From assembly GCF_963921235.1 (NCBI RefSeq), contig NC_086097.1:235168001-235232000 (forward strand): 64,000 nucleotides of DNA. The letters are read 5' to 3'. The notes under the pieces are model-generated. The model was not told where the DNA came from, ran no database searches, and was given only the letters and a program-made list of their open reading frames with translations. Of the stretch, positions 36,907 to 50,630 are shown one piece after another (position 1 is the first letter of the stretch; each line of letters begins with the position of its first letter). Both the position numbers and the translations under genes were made by a program. This DNA comes from Mobula hypostoma. Its lineage: Eukaryota.

Positions 36907-39900
36907 ATGAACCCAGCGGACACGAACCCCGTGCAACAGGCTCTCGTCAGCCAGGGCTCTCTACTGGGCTTACATGATCAACTGCTCAGAGAAGTCATGG
37001 AAAATCTTAGTGCCCTGTCCGATGAAGGTCAGTGAGCAAGTTGACCGGGTATCTGCTCCCCTTACTTCGTCTCTTCCAAGAACACAGTCTGACCAAACTG
37101 CACAGCCTGGGATGGCTATGCCCCTTGGGTCGGCAACACAATCACCTCGAGAGCCATACTTAGCTGAACTGGAACCCTATGCCAGGCTTTCTTACTGCAA
37201 TGCCCTCTGGTTTTTGAGCAACAGCCATGTATATACACCTCGGACAGATCAAAGATTGTGTACATCATGGGGCTGTTACGAGGGGATGCTGTAGCATGGG
37301 CCACCGTGATCTGGGACAACCAGCCAGAGATCTGTTCCTCCTTCTCCTCCATCATCTCCATAATGAGGAAGGTTTTTGAACAGCCCATTCGTGGAAAGGA
37401 CGCCACTAAGCACCTGCCAACTCTCTGTCAGGATTCGCGAAGCATAGCGGGACACTCCACAGAGTTCTGAACATTAGCGGCCGACTCTGGCTGGAATGAC
37501 AAGGCACTACGGGAAGTGTTTCGACAGGGTCACTCAGACAAGATAACAAATAGATGAATTGGCACCGAGGGATGACGCGGACAGTCTGGACTCTTCGGTC
37601 TCTTTAGCCACCAGGCTCGGTAATCGACTTCAAGAGTGTCTGAGAGATAAGACTGGTCGCCCCGCTCCTCGGGTCATCCCACGACCCGTTCCTAATATAG
37701 CTCCCACTCTGACTGTTCTGGTGAGCCAGACAACTCTCCCTTCAGTTCCCCAAACCTGGATGCAGATCACAGCTACCATGAACTATCATCAACAGTCCCT
37801 GTCCCTATCCGCTTTGGTGGACTCCGGTGCCGAGGGAAATCTGTTGGACGAGGACATAGCCTCGCAGGCCGGAATTCCGCGGGGACTGTTAAGTATTCCT
37901 CTGGAGGCCCGGGCACTGGACGGGAAACTTCTGGCTCGGGTCACCCACTGTACGCCACCCCTGACCTTGATACTGTCTGGAAACCATCGAGAGAGGGTAC
38001 GATTTAATTTAATCCATTCTTCTCAAGCCTCTATAGTTCTGGGATACCCCTGGTTGAACCACCGCAATCCCCGCATCAACTGGTCTACTGAGGGGATAGC
38101 CAGCTGGAGCCCGTTTTGCCATGACACCTGTCTGCAGTCGGCTCTATTCCCTATGGAGTCTACCACGACCTCACCTGTCTTGGAAACTCTCGACTTGTCC
38201 AGAGTTCCCACACAATACCTCGACCTGGGACAGGTATTCAGCAAACAACGGGCTCTTTCCCTGCCTCCACACCGCCCATATGATTATGCTATCGAATTTC
38301 TCCCCGGAGTCTCGTTACCCAACAGTCGCCTATATAACTTGTCCCAACCTGAGAGGGGCCATGGAGAAATACACTATTGAGTCCCTCGCGGCGGGCATTA
38401 TTTGACCCTCATCCTCCCCAGTGGGCGCAGGTTTCTTCTTTGTAGAGGAAAAGGATGGGTTGCTTCATCCCTGTATCGATTACTGAGGCCTTAACAACAT
38501 CACCATTAAAAACAAGTACCCACTGCCCCTCACTAACAACGTTTGAACTGCTTCACAGAGCCATCATCTTCTTGAAGTTGGATCTTCGTAGCGCCTACCA
38601 CCTAGTCAGGATAAGGGAGGGCGACGAGTGGAAGATGGCATTTAATACACCATTAGTCCACTTCAAATATTTGGTCATGCTGTTTAGCCTCATCAATGCC
38701 CCCACTGTTTCTCAAGCCCTAATCAATGACATGCTGAGGGACTTTATAAACCACTTTGTGTTCGTCTACCTGGATGACATCGTAATATATTCTAGCAACC
38801 TCTAGAAACACATTCACCATGTCCATCTAGTCCTCCAGAGACTGTGGGAGAACAAGTTATTTGTGAAGGCGGAGAAATGTGAGTTCCATGTCCCTTCGGT
38901 CAGCTTCCTGGGCTACATCATCCAGAGCAGGCAGGTGAGGGCAGATCCCGAGAAGATCCGGGCGGTGGAAGAGTGGCCCAGACCCACGACCCACAAACAA
39001 CTTCAGCAGTTTTTAGGGTTTGCAAACTTTTATCGCCGATTTATCAGGGATTACAGTCAGGTGACGGTGCCCTTACCCGTCTTACCTCGCCTACCACACC
39101 TTTTTGTTGGGACTCCGAGGCTGATTCGGCATTTGCTGACCTGAAGAGACGTTTCATGACTGCTCCCATCCTGGTCCAACCGGACCCCTCTTGCCAATTC
39201 ATTGTAGAGGATGACGCCTCTGAATCCAGGGTGGGAGCAGTTCTGTCCCAACGATCAAGTCCGGATGAGAAGTTTCATCCCTGTGCCTTCTTTTCTCACC
39301 GGCTGTCCCCCGCTGAGCGGAATTACGATGTGGGGAATCGGGAGCTACTGGCGGTCAAGCTAGCATTGGAGGAGCGGAGGCACTGGCTGGAGGGGGCGGA
39401 AAACCCGTTTATTGTTTGGACTGACCATAAGAACCTGGGATATATTCAGACCGTTAAACGTTTGAACTCCCGCCATTTTTTGGTCGATTCAAGTTTTCTC
39501 TCACTTACCGTCTGGGGTTCAAGAACGGGAAACCTGACGCACTCTCCCACCAATACAATTCCAAGGAGGACACTTCCAGCCCAGAGACCATCCTCCCACC
39601 GTCCTGTGTGGTGGCAACCCTTACTTGGGAGATTGAGTCCATGGTAAAAGAGGCACAACGGGATGATCCGAACCCCGGCAATGGACTTACCAATCACCAT
39701 TTTGTGCCTGATTCCATCAGGTCGCAGGTTCTCCAGTGGGGGCACACATCTCGGTTCACCTGCCACCCCACGATTGATCGGACACTGTCTCTCCTGAAAA
39801 TACACTTTTGGTGGCCTACCATGGATGTGGATACCCTTTCCTATGTCTCTGCATGTTCCATCTGTGCCCGTGGAAAAGCCTCCCACCAGCCACCTGCTGG

Positions 39901-41640
39901 ATTACTTTGTCCCCTACCTGTCCCTGGTTGTCCTTGGTCGCACATCGCTCTAGATTTCGTCACCGGTCTAGCCCCTTCAGACGAAAACATCACCGTACTC
40001 ACTGTGGTAGACTGGTTCTCCAAGACGATGCATTTTGTAGCCCTCCCTAAACTCTCTTCTGCTCAGGAGACCACAGACCTTCTCGTCCACCACGTCTTCC
40101 GCCTCCACGGAATCCCTGCGGACATCGTCTCCGATCTGGGTCCCCAATTTTTCTCGCAGGTATGGAAGGCCTTCTGTCAAGCCCTCGGTGCCTCTGTTAG
40201 CCTGTCATCTGGCTTCCATCCACAGACAAATGGGCAAATGAAATGGCTCAACCAGGATTTGGAGGCAGCGCTACGTTGCATAACAACCAACAACCTGTCT
40301 ACCTGAAGAGACCACCTTGCGTGGGTAGAGTAGGCCCACAACTCTCTGGTTAGTACTGCCATCAGAAGGTCCCCTTTCGAATGCTCCCTTGGATACCAGC
40401 CCCCGCTGTTCCCCGCTCAAGAAGAGGAGATTGCGGTACCGTCTGTCCAAGCCCATATCGATCAGTGCTGCAACGTTTGGGAGTGATAAAGTTTTAAGGG
40501 GATTGGGGAGTCTCAGATTCCTGTAAGTAATGGTTAAGGTTGAGTCTGTGTATTCTGGTTTGAGAATGGCTGCAGTCTGAGCAGCTGTTGTCTTCTGACT
40601 TTTCACACATTTTGGTTTCGACAAAAGGTGGAGATAAGGCAGGGCATTCCTTACATTCCTTTCCTAATTTTGGTAAAGTCTCTTATCTGAATTATTAAAT
40701 TCTGCTCTATTTGAGTAGCCGGAATGTCTGTTGATCTGACTGTTCTTTTTGTATTGAGATATTAAAGGATATGCTCTGCTAACATGTAAATGCTGAGTGT
40801 CCAGACAAGGACATGCAGGATTTGAGAATTAGTTATACTCTGTTCTCTGTTTACCTCTGCTTGATGTGATTAAGTATTCTTTGTCAAGTATGGTTACCTC
40901 CATTTTGGATAACTAAGTGGCCTTTGTCTCGGACCATCATTGTTGTTAGGCTTTTGTGACAAGTATGATATGAAACACTGCATCTGTGTTTCGACAGAGA
41001 GACTTCCGAGGCCGACTCTCTTGTGAGTGCAGATGGAATGTTCTCTCGTAGCTTGCTACTAATAAAGGTGGAAAAGAATCAACTGCGGTACTTGTTTCAT
41101 TACATCGGGTTGATCACCGTTGACAGGAGGACACACGCATGGCTCTGCTCCGATCAGCCGATCGCAACAGGAGGATTGTCGATCAACATCGGACTCCGGC
41201 GCCTGAGTATCAACCTGGGCAGAAGGTGTGGCTCTCATCCAGGGACATTCCTCTCAAAAACGAGCCTACGAATCTCGCCCCTCACTTCCTGGGACCTTTC
41301 GAAGTCAGAAGTATCATCAACCCCACAGCAGTCCAACTGAAGCTATCGAAGTCTATGCACATCCACCCAACTTTTCACATTTCCCAATTAAAACCAGTTT
41401 CCGTCAATACCTTGTGTCGTCCGACTGAAACCCCTCCACCTGCCCGAATTATCGACAACCATCCGGCATATACCGTCCGGCGGCTACTGGATGTGTGCTG
41501 TCGGGGCAAGGGCCTCCAATACCTGGTCGACTGGGAAGGGTACGGCCCAGCGGAGCGTCCTGGGTTCCCCGCCCCTTCATCTGGACCCCTCCCTCATCCA
41601 GGACTTCCATCGGGACCATCCGGTCAAGCCTGGAGGATGA
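36907..41640 (+). pseudogene. Sushi-type gag-pol with chromodomain, many disablements
   Basis: MNPAD start; GDAVAWAT gag; ALVDSGAEGN protease; [76 protein letters not shown] chromodomain. Confidence 0.92.
40484..41125 (+). mobile_element. 642-bp solo LTR of an unrelated family inside the sushi integrase
   Basis: TG...CA ends; GGAG TSD at 40480-40483 and 41126-41129; AATAAA at 41061; AT-rich compared with the host element. Confidence 0.85.
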
Positions 41641-41671
41641 AGGGGGGGATATTATCATGAGTGGGGGATAC

Positions 41672-42053
41672 TGTCATGGTCCTGTCTGGCAATTCCCCAT
41701 CTTGCTATTATCTCATTCATTGTGCCTTAATTTCTGTCAGCTGATTCCCGATTATCACTAGTTCCATTAATTACAGCACTACAGATTCCCATTAGCGAAC
41801 ATAGGATAAGAACTCTGGCATCACAGCCATGCTTCGCCAGTTCGTTGGTCAATTCTAGTGTGTGTAAACCTCGTTTTCTGATTCCTTAGGACTGTCAGTT
41901 CCAGATTCTGTATCATTCCCTGGATCAACTACGTAAACCTTGACTCCGTGTAAAGACTCTCCTGGATACCTGTTCCACCTTCACGGCTGTGCGAGCGCCT
42001 CGTGATCCTGTCTCCGTGCCTGTGTCCCGCACTTGGGTTCATCCCCAGCAACA
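41672..42053 (+). repeat. 3' LTR of sushi-type element
   Basis: Direct repeat of 36497-36890 with an 11-bp deletion near its end. Confidence 0.95.
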
Positions 42054-43306
42054 AAGAATGAGGGGGGATCCCTTTGAAACCTATGAAATATTGTAAAACC
42101 TAGATAGAGAGGACATGGAGAGGATGTTTCCTATAGTGTGGGAGTCTGGAACCAGAGGGCACACCCTTAAAATGGAAGGGTGTCCTTTCAGAATGGAGAT
42201 AAGGAGGAATTTCTTTAGCCATAGGGTGAATCTATAGAAGTTATTGCTACAGATGGCTGTGGAGGTCAAGTCATTGGGTATTCTTAAAGTTTCTTGATAA
42301 GTAAGGGTGTCAAAAGTTATGGTGAGAAGGCAGGAGAATAGGGTTGAAAGGGATAATAAATCAGCCATGGTAGAATGGCGGAGCACAATAAATTGCTTAA
42401 TTCTGCTCTTATGTCTCATGGTCTTGTCATGCAGTTGGAACAAGAAGTCACTTTGAAAACTTTCACAGACTTCAAACTCTTTCCAACAATACTTTTAAAT
42501 ATTTTATAGAGCAGAACCTTAAGGCAGAAATTGAACTACCGCAAGCAAGCAACAGAAACAGAAGCTGAATTATTATAACCAATTATAGGCAAGATATATG
42601 TGGAGCTGCTGCACTTAAAATTTCTGGTCAGTGATGGCTCCCAGAATGTTATGGTGGGAGATTTCACAACAATATTGCACAAAATGTTAAAAAAAAAGAA
42701 GTGTTTGTACATTCTCTTTTTGGAGATGATGAATGATCATTACTTGCCACTTGTCTTGCTTCAGTGTTAGTTGCCATTTACCAGCCCACGCCTGAATGCT
42801 GGCTAGGTCTTGCTGTGCGCAGCCATGAATATTTCATTATCTCAGGGCTTGCAAATGGTGCTGAGCAGTGCACATTCATCAGCAAACATCCCCACTAATG
42901 ATGATATGAGGGAGGGAATTGGTGAATTTTAGATCTAGGGCACAGTCTGTGTAACTCCTGCAGTGAACTCCTGAGGCTTAAGTAATTTGCAGCCGCCTCC
43001 TTTGTGTTAATTATGACTCATAGCTTGATGGAGTAACTCCTCGTTTTCATCAGTGCTCCTTTTTTCCAAATGTGGTCATAATTTTGTCAAGTCGCTTTAT
43101 GTTACTTCTGGAATACAGATCTTTGATCTGCCGTTTGACCAAAGGAACTGGAGCCAAGTAGTTCTAGCAAAGCCAAAACTAGGCATCAGAAAGAATTTCA
43201 AGAAGTGCTGCAAACACTCAGCAGGCCAGGCAGCACCTGTGGAGAAAGAAAACGACAACTGAGATTGTAGGGCATGGCCTTTCTCAAAACAAAACCTTGC
43301 ATTTCA

Positions 43307-43672
43307 TAGTTATAGTCATAGTCATACTTTATTGATCCTGGGGGAAATTGGTTTTCGTTACAGTTGCACCATAAATAATTAAATAGTAATAAAACCATAA
43401 ATGGTTAAATAGTAATATGTAAATTATGCCAGGAAATAAGTCCAGGACCAGCCTATTGGCTCAGGATGTCTGACCCTCCAAGGGAGGAGCTGTAAACTTT
43501 GATGACCACAGGCAGGAATGACTTCCTATGATGCTCAGTGTTGCATCTCGGTGGAATGAGTCTCTGGCTGAATGTACTCCTGTGCCCACCCAGTACTTAT
43601 GTAGTGGATGGGAGACATTGTCCAAGATGGCATGCAACTTGGACAGCATCTTCTTTTCAGACACCACCGTCA
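43307..43672 (-). mobile_element. Young Rex1/Babar-like 3' end
   Basis: Near-identical to 21547-21925. Confidence 0.9.
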
Positions 43673-44487
43673 GATTTCTCTCTCTCCCTCTCAAAGTCAA
43701 AATCAGAGTAAATTTATATCAAAGAATGTATACGTTATCATACATTACCTTGAGATTCATTTTCTTGCAGGCATGTACAGGAAAAAGAGAAATATGATGG
43801 AATTTTATGTAAAAAAATACTCTACATCAGGGGTTCCCTGCTCTACACGAACAGACTAAAACTGCCAAACACCAATGTGCAAAAGAAGTTGAAATAATAC
43901 TGAGAATTTGAGTTGTAAAAAGCCCTAAAAAGTGAGTCTGTTGATCATGGAATCTCATCAGAGTTGCGATGAATAATGTTATCCACACTGGTTCAGGAGG
44001 CTGGTGGTAGGGCAGTAATCATTTCTGAACCTGGTTGTGTGGGAACCTTTAACTTTGAGACGGGGAGAGAGAGAGAAAAATGAGGTTTTGTTTTGATGCA
44101 AGGCTGGGCCCTGCAGTCTCAGTTCATGCCTGATGGTAGAAGTGAGAAGAGAGAATGACCTGGATGGTGGAGATCCTTGATTATGGGTGCTGCTTTCTCG
44201 TGGCGGTGCTCCCTGTAAATGTGTTCAATAGTGGTGAGGGCTTTGCGTATGATGAACTGAGCTTTATCCATCATATTCAGTAAGTTTTTCCATTTCTGGG
44301 CATTCAGATTGTCAGCACTCGACATTTTTTCTCATGTTTGACAATTTTCAAATTATGCAACAATGAGAATATTATTGTTAAGTAACAGGAAGATTAACCC
44401 TGCTTTTTGTAGAGCCACACCACTGATCATATTGTCAAATGTAGCTGTACTAGAAAACATTAGCTAGGACTGAGCTAAAGTCTTCAA

Positions 44488-45220
44488 CATAACATAGAAC
44501 AGTACAGCACATTACAGGCCCTTCGGCCCACAATGTTGTGCCGACCCTCAAACCCTGCCTCCCACATAACTCCCCCACCTTAAATTCCTCCATATACCTG
44601 TCTGGTAGTCTCTTCAACTTCACGAGTGTATCTGCCTCCACCACTGACTCAGGCAGTGCATTCCACGCACCAACCACTGAGTAAAAAACCTTCCTCTCAT
44701 ATCCTCCTTGAACTTCCCACCCCTTACCTTAAAGCCATGTCCTCTTGTATTGAGCAGTGGTACCCTGGGGAAGAGGCACTGGCTATCCACTCTATCTATT
44801 CCTCTTATTATCTTGTACACCTCTATCATGTCTCCTCTCATCCTCCTTCTCTCCAAAGGGTAAAGCCCTAGCTCCCTTAATCTCTGATCATAATCCATAC
44901 TCTCTAAACCAGGCAGCATCCTGGTAAATCTCAATGCTTCCACATCCTTCCTATAGTGAGGCAACCAGAACTGGACACAGTACTCCAAGTGTGGCCTAAC
45001 CAGAGTTTTATAGAGCTGCATCATTACATCACGACTCTTAAACTCTATCCGTCGACTTATGACAGCTAACACCCCATAAGTTTTCTTAACTACCCTATCC
45101 ACCTGTGAGGCAACAATACCCCCAGATCTCTCTGCTCCTCCACACTACCAAGTATCCTGCCATTTACTTTGTACTCTGCCTTGGAGTTTGTCCTTCCAAA
45201 GTGTACCACCTCACACTTCT
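44488..45220 (-). mobile_element. CR1 3' portion, same subfamily as 7700-11830
   Basis: ORF 44620-45102 nearly identical to the 11210-11650 translation. Confidence 0.92.
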
Positions 45221-46685
45221 CTGGAGATTCTGCAGATGCTGGAAATCTGGAGCAGCACACACAAAATGCTGGAATGCTGGAGGAACTCAGTAGGTCAGGA
45301 AGCATCTACAGAAAGGAATACAGGGTCAACATTTCTGACTTGAGTTCTTTCCATAGATATTGACTGACCTGAGTTCTTCCCATAGATATTGCATTCCTCC
45401 AGCATTTTGTGCGAGTTATTCTTCAACCTCACCTTTGCCATGTTGTCAGATTCATAGACTTTGCCACCTCGAGTGCTGTTGGTCATTTCTTGATCTGATA
45501 TAGATCAATGGAGATGATATAGGTACACATGCAGTGCACTGTGGCCACGCTTATCCCTTCAGACAATGCCACATCCCACTTTCAGTCTATATCTTTTGAA
45601 ATAAATTGGCTAAAGACAGATAGCTGTACGAATGACAATTTCTTGAGAAGACTGATTTGCTCGTAGAGTCTAGTTGATGATGATTTCAATTACATCACTT
45701 CACTAACATCTCAAGAAGATAATATTCATCACCATCCAGGCCATTCCTTCTTCTCAGTAAACCATCAGAGTGGAGACACAGCAACCTGCTGATGCACACA
45801 CAAAGTTTTAGGAACAACTTCCTCCCATCTGCTGTCAAATTTCTGAACCAATGAACCAACAAACACTATCTTGCTATTTTGAACAAGAGAAAATCGGAAG
45901 ATGCTGGAAATCCGAGCAATGTACACAAAATGCTGGTGGATCTCAGCAGGCCAGGCAGCATCTACGGAAAAGAGTACAGTCAACATTTTGGTGTGAAACC
46001 CCTTGGCAGGACTCTACTTTGTAACGTCGACTGTACTCTTTTCCATAGATGCTGCCTTGCCTGCTGAATACCTCCAGCATTTTGTGTGTGTTGCTATTTT
46101 GCTCACTGTTTTCACTATTTTTTATGCGTCGCTTATTGTAACTTACAGTGATTTTTTTTTAAAGTATTGCACTGTAGTCCTGCCCCAAAACAATCAATTT
46201 CTTATCATATGTCATTGACACTAATCCTGATTCTGATTTTGATTCTGTTTGCCTTAGTGTGTTGACTGTGCTACTGACAAGTGTGTCGATGTTAATGGAG
46301 ACGCCTCCGCTTATTTGCTGTTTAACTGTTCCCCGCTATTCGTGACTAAAATCAGCACGGGTCCAGAGCTTTGACATGATTCATTTGCTCTGTGTTGTTT
46401 CTGATGCTCCCCTGCATGTAACTCTGCAGCCTTCCAGGACACGGGTGGTCATCCGGCATGTAATTCATGATAAGCTAACAGATGTGGGAAACAGCAGTAG
46501 ACTGAAATACATCACCATTTTTAAAACATTTCTCAGAATCAGAATCATGTTTATTATCACTGACAAATGTTGGGAAAGTTGTTGGCTGCAGTACAGTGTA
46601 AGACAGGAAAGTCACCATAAGTGAGTAGGATAGGTAGATACAGTATGCTTAGGATAGTGGTGAATATTGGTAGCTCGGGTAGAGT

Positions 46686-47599
46686 GTTTGATGTCGTGGT
46701 GTTCACCGAGCTTGGCAATTAGCTTGTAGACATTTCATCACCAGTCCTCAGTGCACAGTTGTTGGTGTCTCTCTCTGTGAGTACTCGTGTTTACAAAGGT
46801 CCCACTTTTATAGAGGCAAGCAAACATAACGATATAAGAAATAGGACCATCGAGCCTGCTCCGCCATTCAGTAAGATCGTGGCTGATCTGACAATGGACT
46901 CATCTCCACCCAGCTACCTTTTCCCTGCAACCCTTAATTCCCCTACTATGCAAAAATCTATCCAACCTTCTCTTAAATATATTTACTGAGATAGCCTCCA
47001 CTGCTTCATTGGGCAGAGATTTCCACAGATTCACTACTCTCTGAGAAAATCCGTTCTTTCTCATCTCCATCCAAAATCTACTCTCCCGAGTCTTGAGGCT
47101 ATGTCCCGTAGTTCTAGTCTCACCTACCAGTGGAAACAACTTTCCTGCCTCTATCTTATCTATCCCTTTCATAATTTTATATGTTTCTATAAGATCTCTT
47201 CTTATTCTTCTGATTTCCAGCAAGTACAGTCCCAGGCGACTCAATCTCTCCTCATAGGCTAACCTCTTCATCTCTGGAATCAACCTCGTGAACCTTCTCT
47301 GCACTGCCTCGAAAGCCAGTATATCCTTCCTCAAGTAAGGAGACCAGAACTGCACACAGTACTCCAGGTGCAGCCTCACCAGTACCCTGCACAGTTGCAG
47401 CATAACCTTCCTGCTCTTAAATTCAATCCCACTAGCAATGAAGGCCAACATCCCATTTGCCTTCTTGAACAGGGGCCTAGATAAACGTGAGCACTCCTGG
47501 AGAGGAACACCAACAACTGCGCGCTGAGGATGTCACTTCGACTGGTATTGGAACGTCTGCAAGCTATACGCCAAGCTGAGTGAACACTGCAACGTCAGA
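46686..47599. repeat. Inverted pair of hammerhead-like (Penelope-type) repeats at 46686-46803 and 47472-47599
   Basis: Arms are diverged reverse complements sharing ACACCAACAACTG.GC.CTGAGGA and CAAGCTA...GCCAAGCT..GTGAACAC. Confidence 0.7.
46825..47468 (-). mobile_element. 5'-truncated CR1
   Basis: ORF 46900-47451 encodes the CR1 RT C-terminus. Confidence 0.9.
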
Positions 47600-47761
47600 T
47601 AGATATATAGACAGACAGATAGATAGATAGTAAATAAGGAAAATCAATGAGCAAAAGCATGATTTCACAGATTATTCAGAAATCTAATTGCAGAGGGGAA
47701 GAAGCAGATCTTAAAACATTGAGTGCGGCTCTTCAGGCTGCTGTACCTCCTCCATGATGGT

Positions 47762-48250
47762 CTATCTGTCTGTCTAGGTACCATATCCGATGAGGACTTT
47801 GGTGACCATAGTTTTCCATATAGATCTATCCTTCGTTTTTTGGATGACTTCCATTTCCTCGTTGTGTAGCCACCTGGCTATGCTTTTGATGTTCATAAGC
47901 CGAGGTCTTCCTCTAGGTTTACTTCCCTCAATCTTTCCAGAGAGTATGAGTTTTTCTAGTTCATCTTTCCGCATGATGTGTCCTAGGAATCTGAGTTGTC
48001 TTTCTCTTATTGTTGGTATGAGTGATCAAACTGCTTGGGTTCTTCTGAGAACTTCTTCACTTGATGTGTGTATGGTCCATGATATTTTTAACATTCTCCT
48101 GTAGAACCATAATTCAGCTGCTTCTAGTCTCTTTTCCATTGCTGGAGAAGTGGTCCAGCATTCACTTCCATAAGTCAGGATAGAATAAATGTAGCATGGC
48201 AGTAGTCTGTTTTCAATGTATGTGCTCATCTTTTTGTCTGTTAATATGGT
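47762..48250 (-). mobile_element. 5'-truncated RTE-clade LINE
   Basis: YGSECWT, RRMLKISW, GKIEGSKPRGRPR motifs; (AGAC)n-like tail; 12-bp TSD CTCCATGATGGT (47750-47761, 48251-48262); interrupts an old Rex1-like fragment. Confidence 0.9.
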
Positions 48251-49034
48251 CTCCATGATGGTAGTGATGAGTAATATCCCAGGTGGTGAGGATCCTGAAT
48301 AATGGATGCAGCATTCTTGAGGCACCACCATCTAAAGGTATCCTCGATGGTGGGGAGAGTTGTGCTGGCTGAGGCTACAGCCCTCTGCAGCCACTTTTGA
48401 TCATGCGCATTGTTGGGCGGTCATGCAACCAGTCAGGATGCTCTCTGCTGCATAACTGTTGGAATTTGCAATAGTCTTTGGTGACAAACCAAACTACTTC
48501 ACACCTTTAATAAAGTGGAGCCACTGGTGTGCCTTCTTCATGATAAATCAATGTGTTGGGCCCAGGATTCTGAGATTCTGATGAAGTATATTTATGCTCC
48601 TTTTACAGAATACTGCTTGATCCACAAAACCATAAGATATAGGAGAAGAATTCAGCCATTCAGTCCATCGATCATGGCTGATTTATTTTCCCTCTCAACC
48701 CAGTTCTCATGTCTTCTCCTCATAACCTTTGATGCCTTTACTCTAAGTACTTGGCCTCCAAAGCTGCCGTGGTGATGAATTCCACAGACTCACCACTGTC
48801 TGGCTAAAACAATTCCTCATCACCTCTGTTCTAAGGCTATGTCCTAATGGAATCATTCTCTCCACGTCTATTCACTCTAGGCATTTCAATATTCAGTAGA
48901 TTTCAATGAGATCACCTCTCATTCATCTATACTGCAGTGAGTATAAGTCTAGAACATACTTTATACTTTATTTTCGCCAAACAATTAATACTAGAATGTA
49001 CAATCATCACAACGATATTTGATTCTTTTCATAC

Positions 49035-49360
49035 ATTCATCATCATCATTATGTGCCATGTTGTATAACGTGGGCGTTCATGGTCAATGATCATGATTGT
49101 TCTTGGCAATTGTGTTCTTCTGGGCAATGTCTTTATAAGAGAGGTTCCCCAATCATTATCAGAGATTGTCTACCTGTTGTCAATGGTTGCGTAGCCAGGA
49201 CTTGTGATACACACCAGTTGCTACCTGCTCTCATGGTTTCATATGACCCTGATTGGTGGGGCTAAGCAGGTGCTACACCTTGCCGAAGGTTAATCTGCAG
49301 GCTAACGGAGAGATGGAGTGCCTTAGACCTCCTTTGGTAGAGACATATCTCCACCCCACC
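49035..49360 (-). mobile_element. RTE-related non-autonomous element or SINE
   Basis: (GAT)n tail; head GGGTGGAGATATGTCTCTACCAAAGGAGG..GGCAAGGTGTAGCACCTGC resembling RTE 5' UTRs. Confidence 0.5.
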
Positions 49361-50224
49361 CATTTCATTCCCAAGATCCTTTTCGTAAACCTCCTCTGGA
49401 CCCTCTCTAATGCAATCACATCCTTCCTTAGGTATAATGTCAGAGGAATTCAACCAATTGTATTTTATCAACAGCAAGGTTCTAGTGTCACCATACTAAA
49501 TTAAACATAGATACATGCTTTTATTATTTGACTATAAATTTATAGAACTGGAAGACTATTCCCAACTAATAAAATTTCCTAATTGTGAAGTAGTTTCTAA
49601 TTTTTATGATTCTTACTCAAATAAAAATGAAAAGAAGAATATTTGCTCAGTCAACTATTTTTCATATTCCTCTCTCGGCCTGAATGATGCCATGGGATGT
49701 AAGCAAAATTACTTAATGGATCTCTTTAACTATTCTCCTGAAGCTGTTTGCTCAGCCATGCACATCGTCAGATACAGAGATTAAAAAATGTCTCTTTCTG
49801 ACCTGAAAGCATTTCTACTCACTACAGCAATATCATTGGCATATTTCTAAAGGAAGAGTATATTCAAAAAGAAAAGAAGTATGAGTTTCTGATGCTTTGT
49901 GACAGAGATTATGAGCTCAATGTTTCTAAAATTATGTATTAATTCATTATAGGAAACAAAGGGGAAAAACAGAGGTATTCTGCTGAAGTATATTAATGCT
50001 CATTTTACAGAATATTGCTTAATCCATAAAACCGTAAGACATAGGAGCAGAATTAGACTATTTAGTCCATGGAGATTACTCAGCCATTCGATCATAGCTG
50101 GTTTATTTCCCCTCACAATCCTATTCTCATGCCTTCTCCCCATAACCTTCAAGTCAGAAACTTCATAACAGGAATTCTGAAAGAGCTGATTGTTGTAGAA
50201 GCTCTGAGACTCATAATGGTGAGA

Positions 50225-50630
50225 CCATGAGATCGTAAGACAGGAACAGCTTTAGTCCCTTTGCCCCATTGCATCTGCTCTGCCATTCCATCACGATTGA
50301 TTTATTATCTCCTTAAATCCTATTCTCCTGCTTTCTCCAGTGACCTTTAATACCCTTGCTAATGGTTACATCAACATCTAATTTATATATACTCAATGAC
50401 TTGACCTCCACAGCCATCTGTGGCAATGAATTCCACAGACTCACCACTCTCTTGTTGAAGAAATCATCCTCATCTCTGTTCTAAAGGGATGTCCTTGTTT
50501 TCTGAATCTCTGCCCTCTGGTCCTAGACTCCCCCATTATAGGAAACATTTTCTCCAAGTGCACTCTATCTAGTCCTTTCAATATCCAATAGATTTCAATG
50601 AAATTCCCTTTCGTTCTTCTGTACTGCAGC
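50225..50630 (-). mobile_element. Decayed CR1 3' region
   Basis: ORF 50441-50632 ILKGLDRV..MFPIMGESRTRG. Confidence 0.8.

Larger units (their letters stand above)
36497..42053 (+). mobile_element. Tf1/sushi-type chromovirus (Ty3/Gypsy), decayed, inserted in a CR1 3' fragment
   Basis: LTRs 36497-36890 and 41672-42053 (about 33 substitutions and 2 indels by eye); TSD GAGAA/AAGAA; host CR1 sequence (about 36355-36496) resumes at 42054. Confidence 0.95.

Noticed and set aside
36907..37740. Domesticated sushi gag (PEG10/RTL-like gene)
   Set aside because: Stops, frameshifts, an apparent deletion and both LTRs retained indicate an ordinary dead element.
45335..45392. 29-bp tandem repeat as an array or CRISPR-like unit
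   Set aside because: Only two adjacent units with no spacers, inside a Penelope fold-back.
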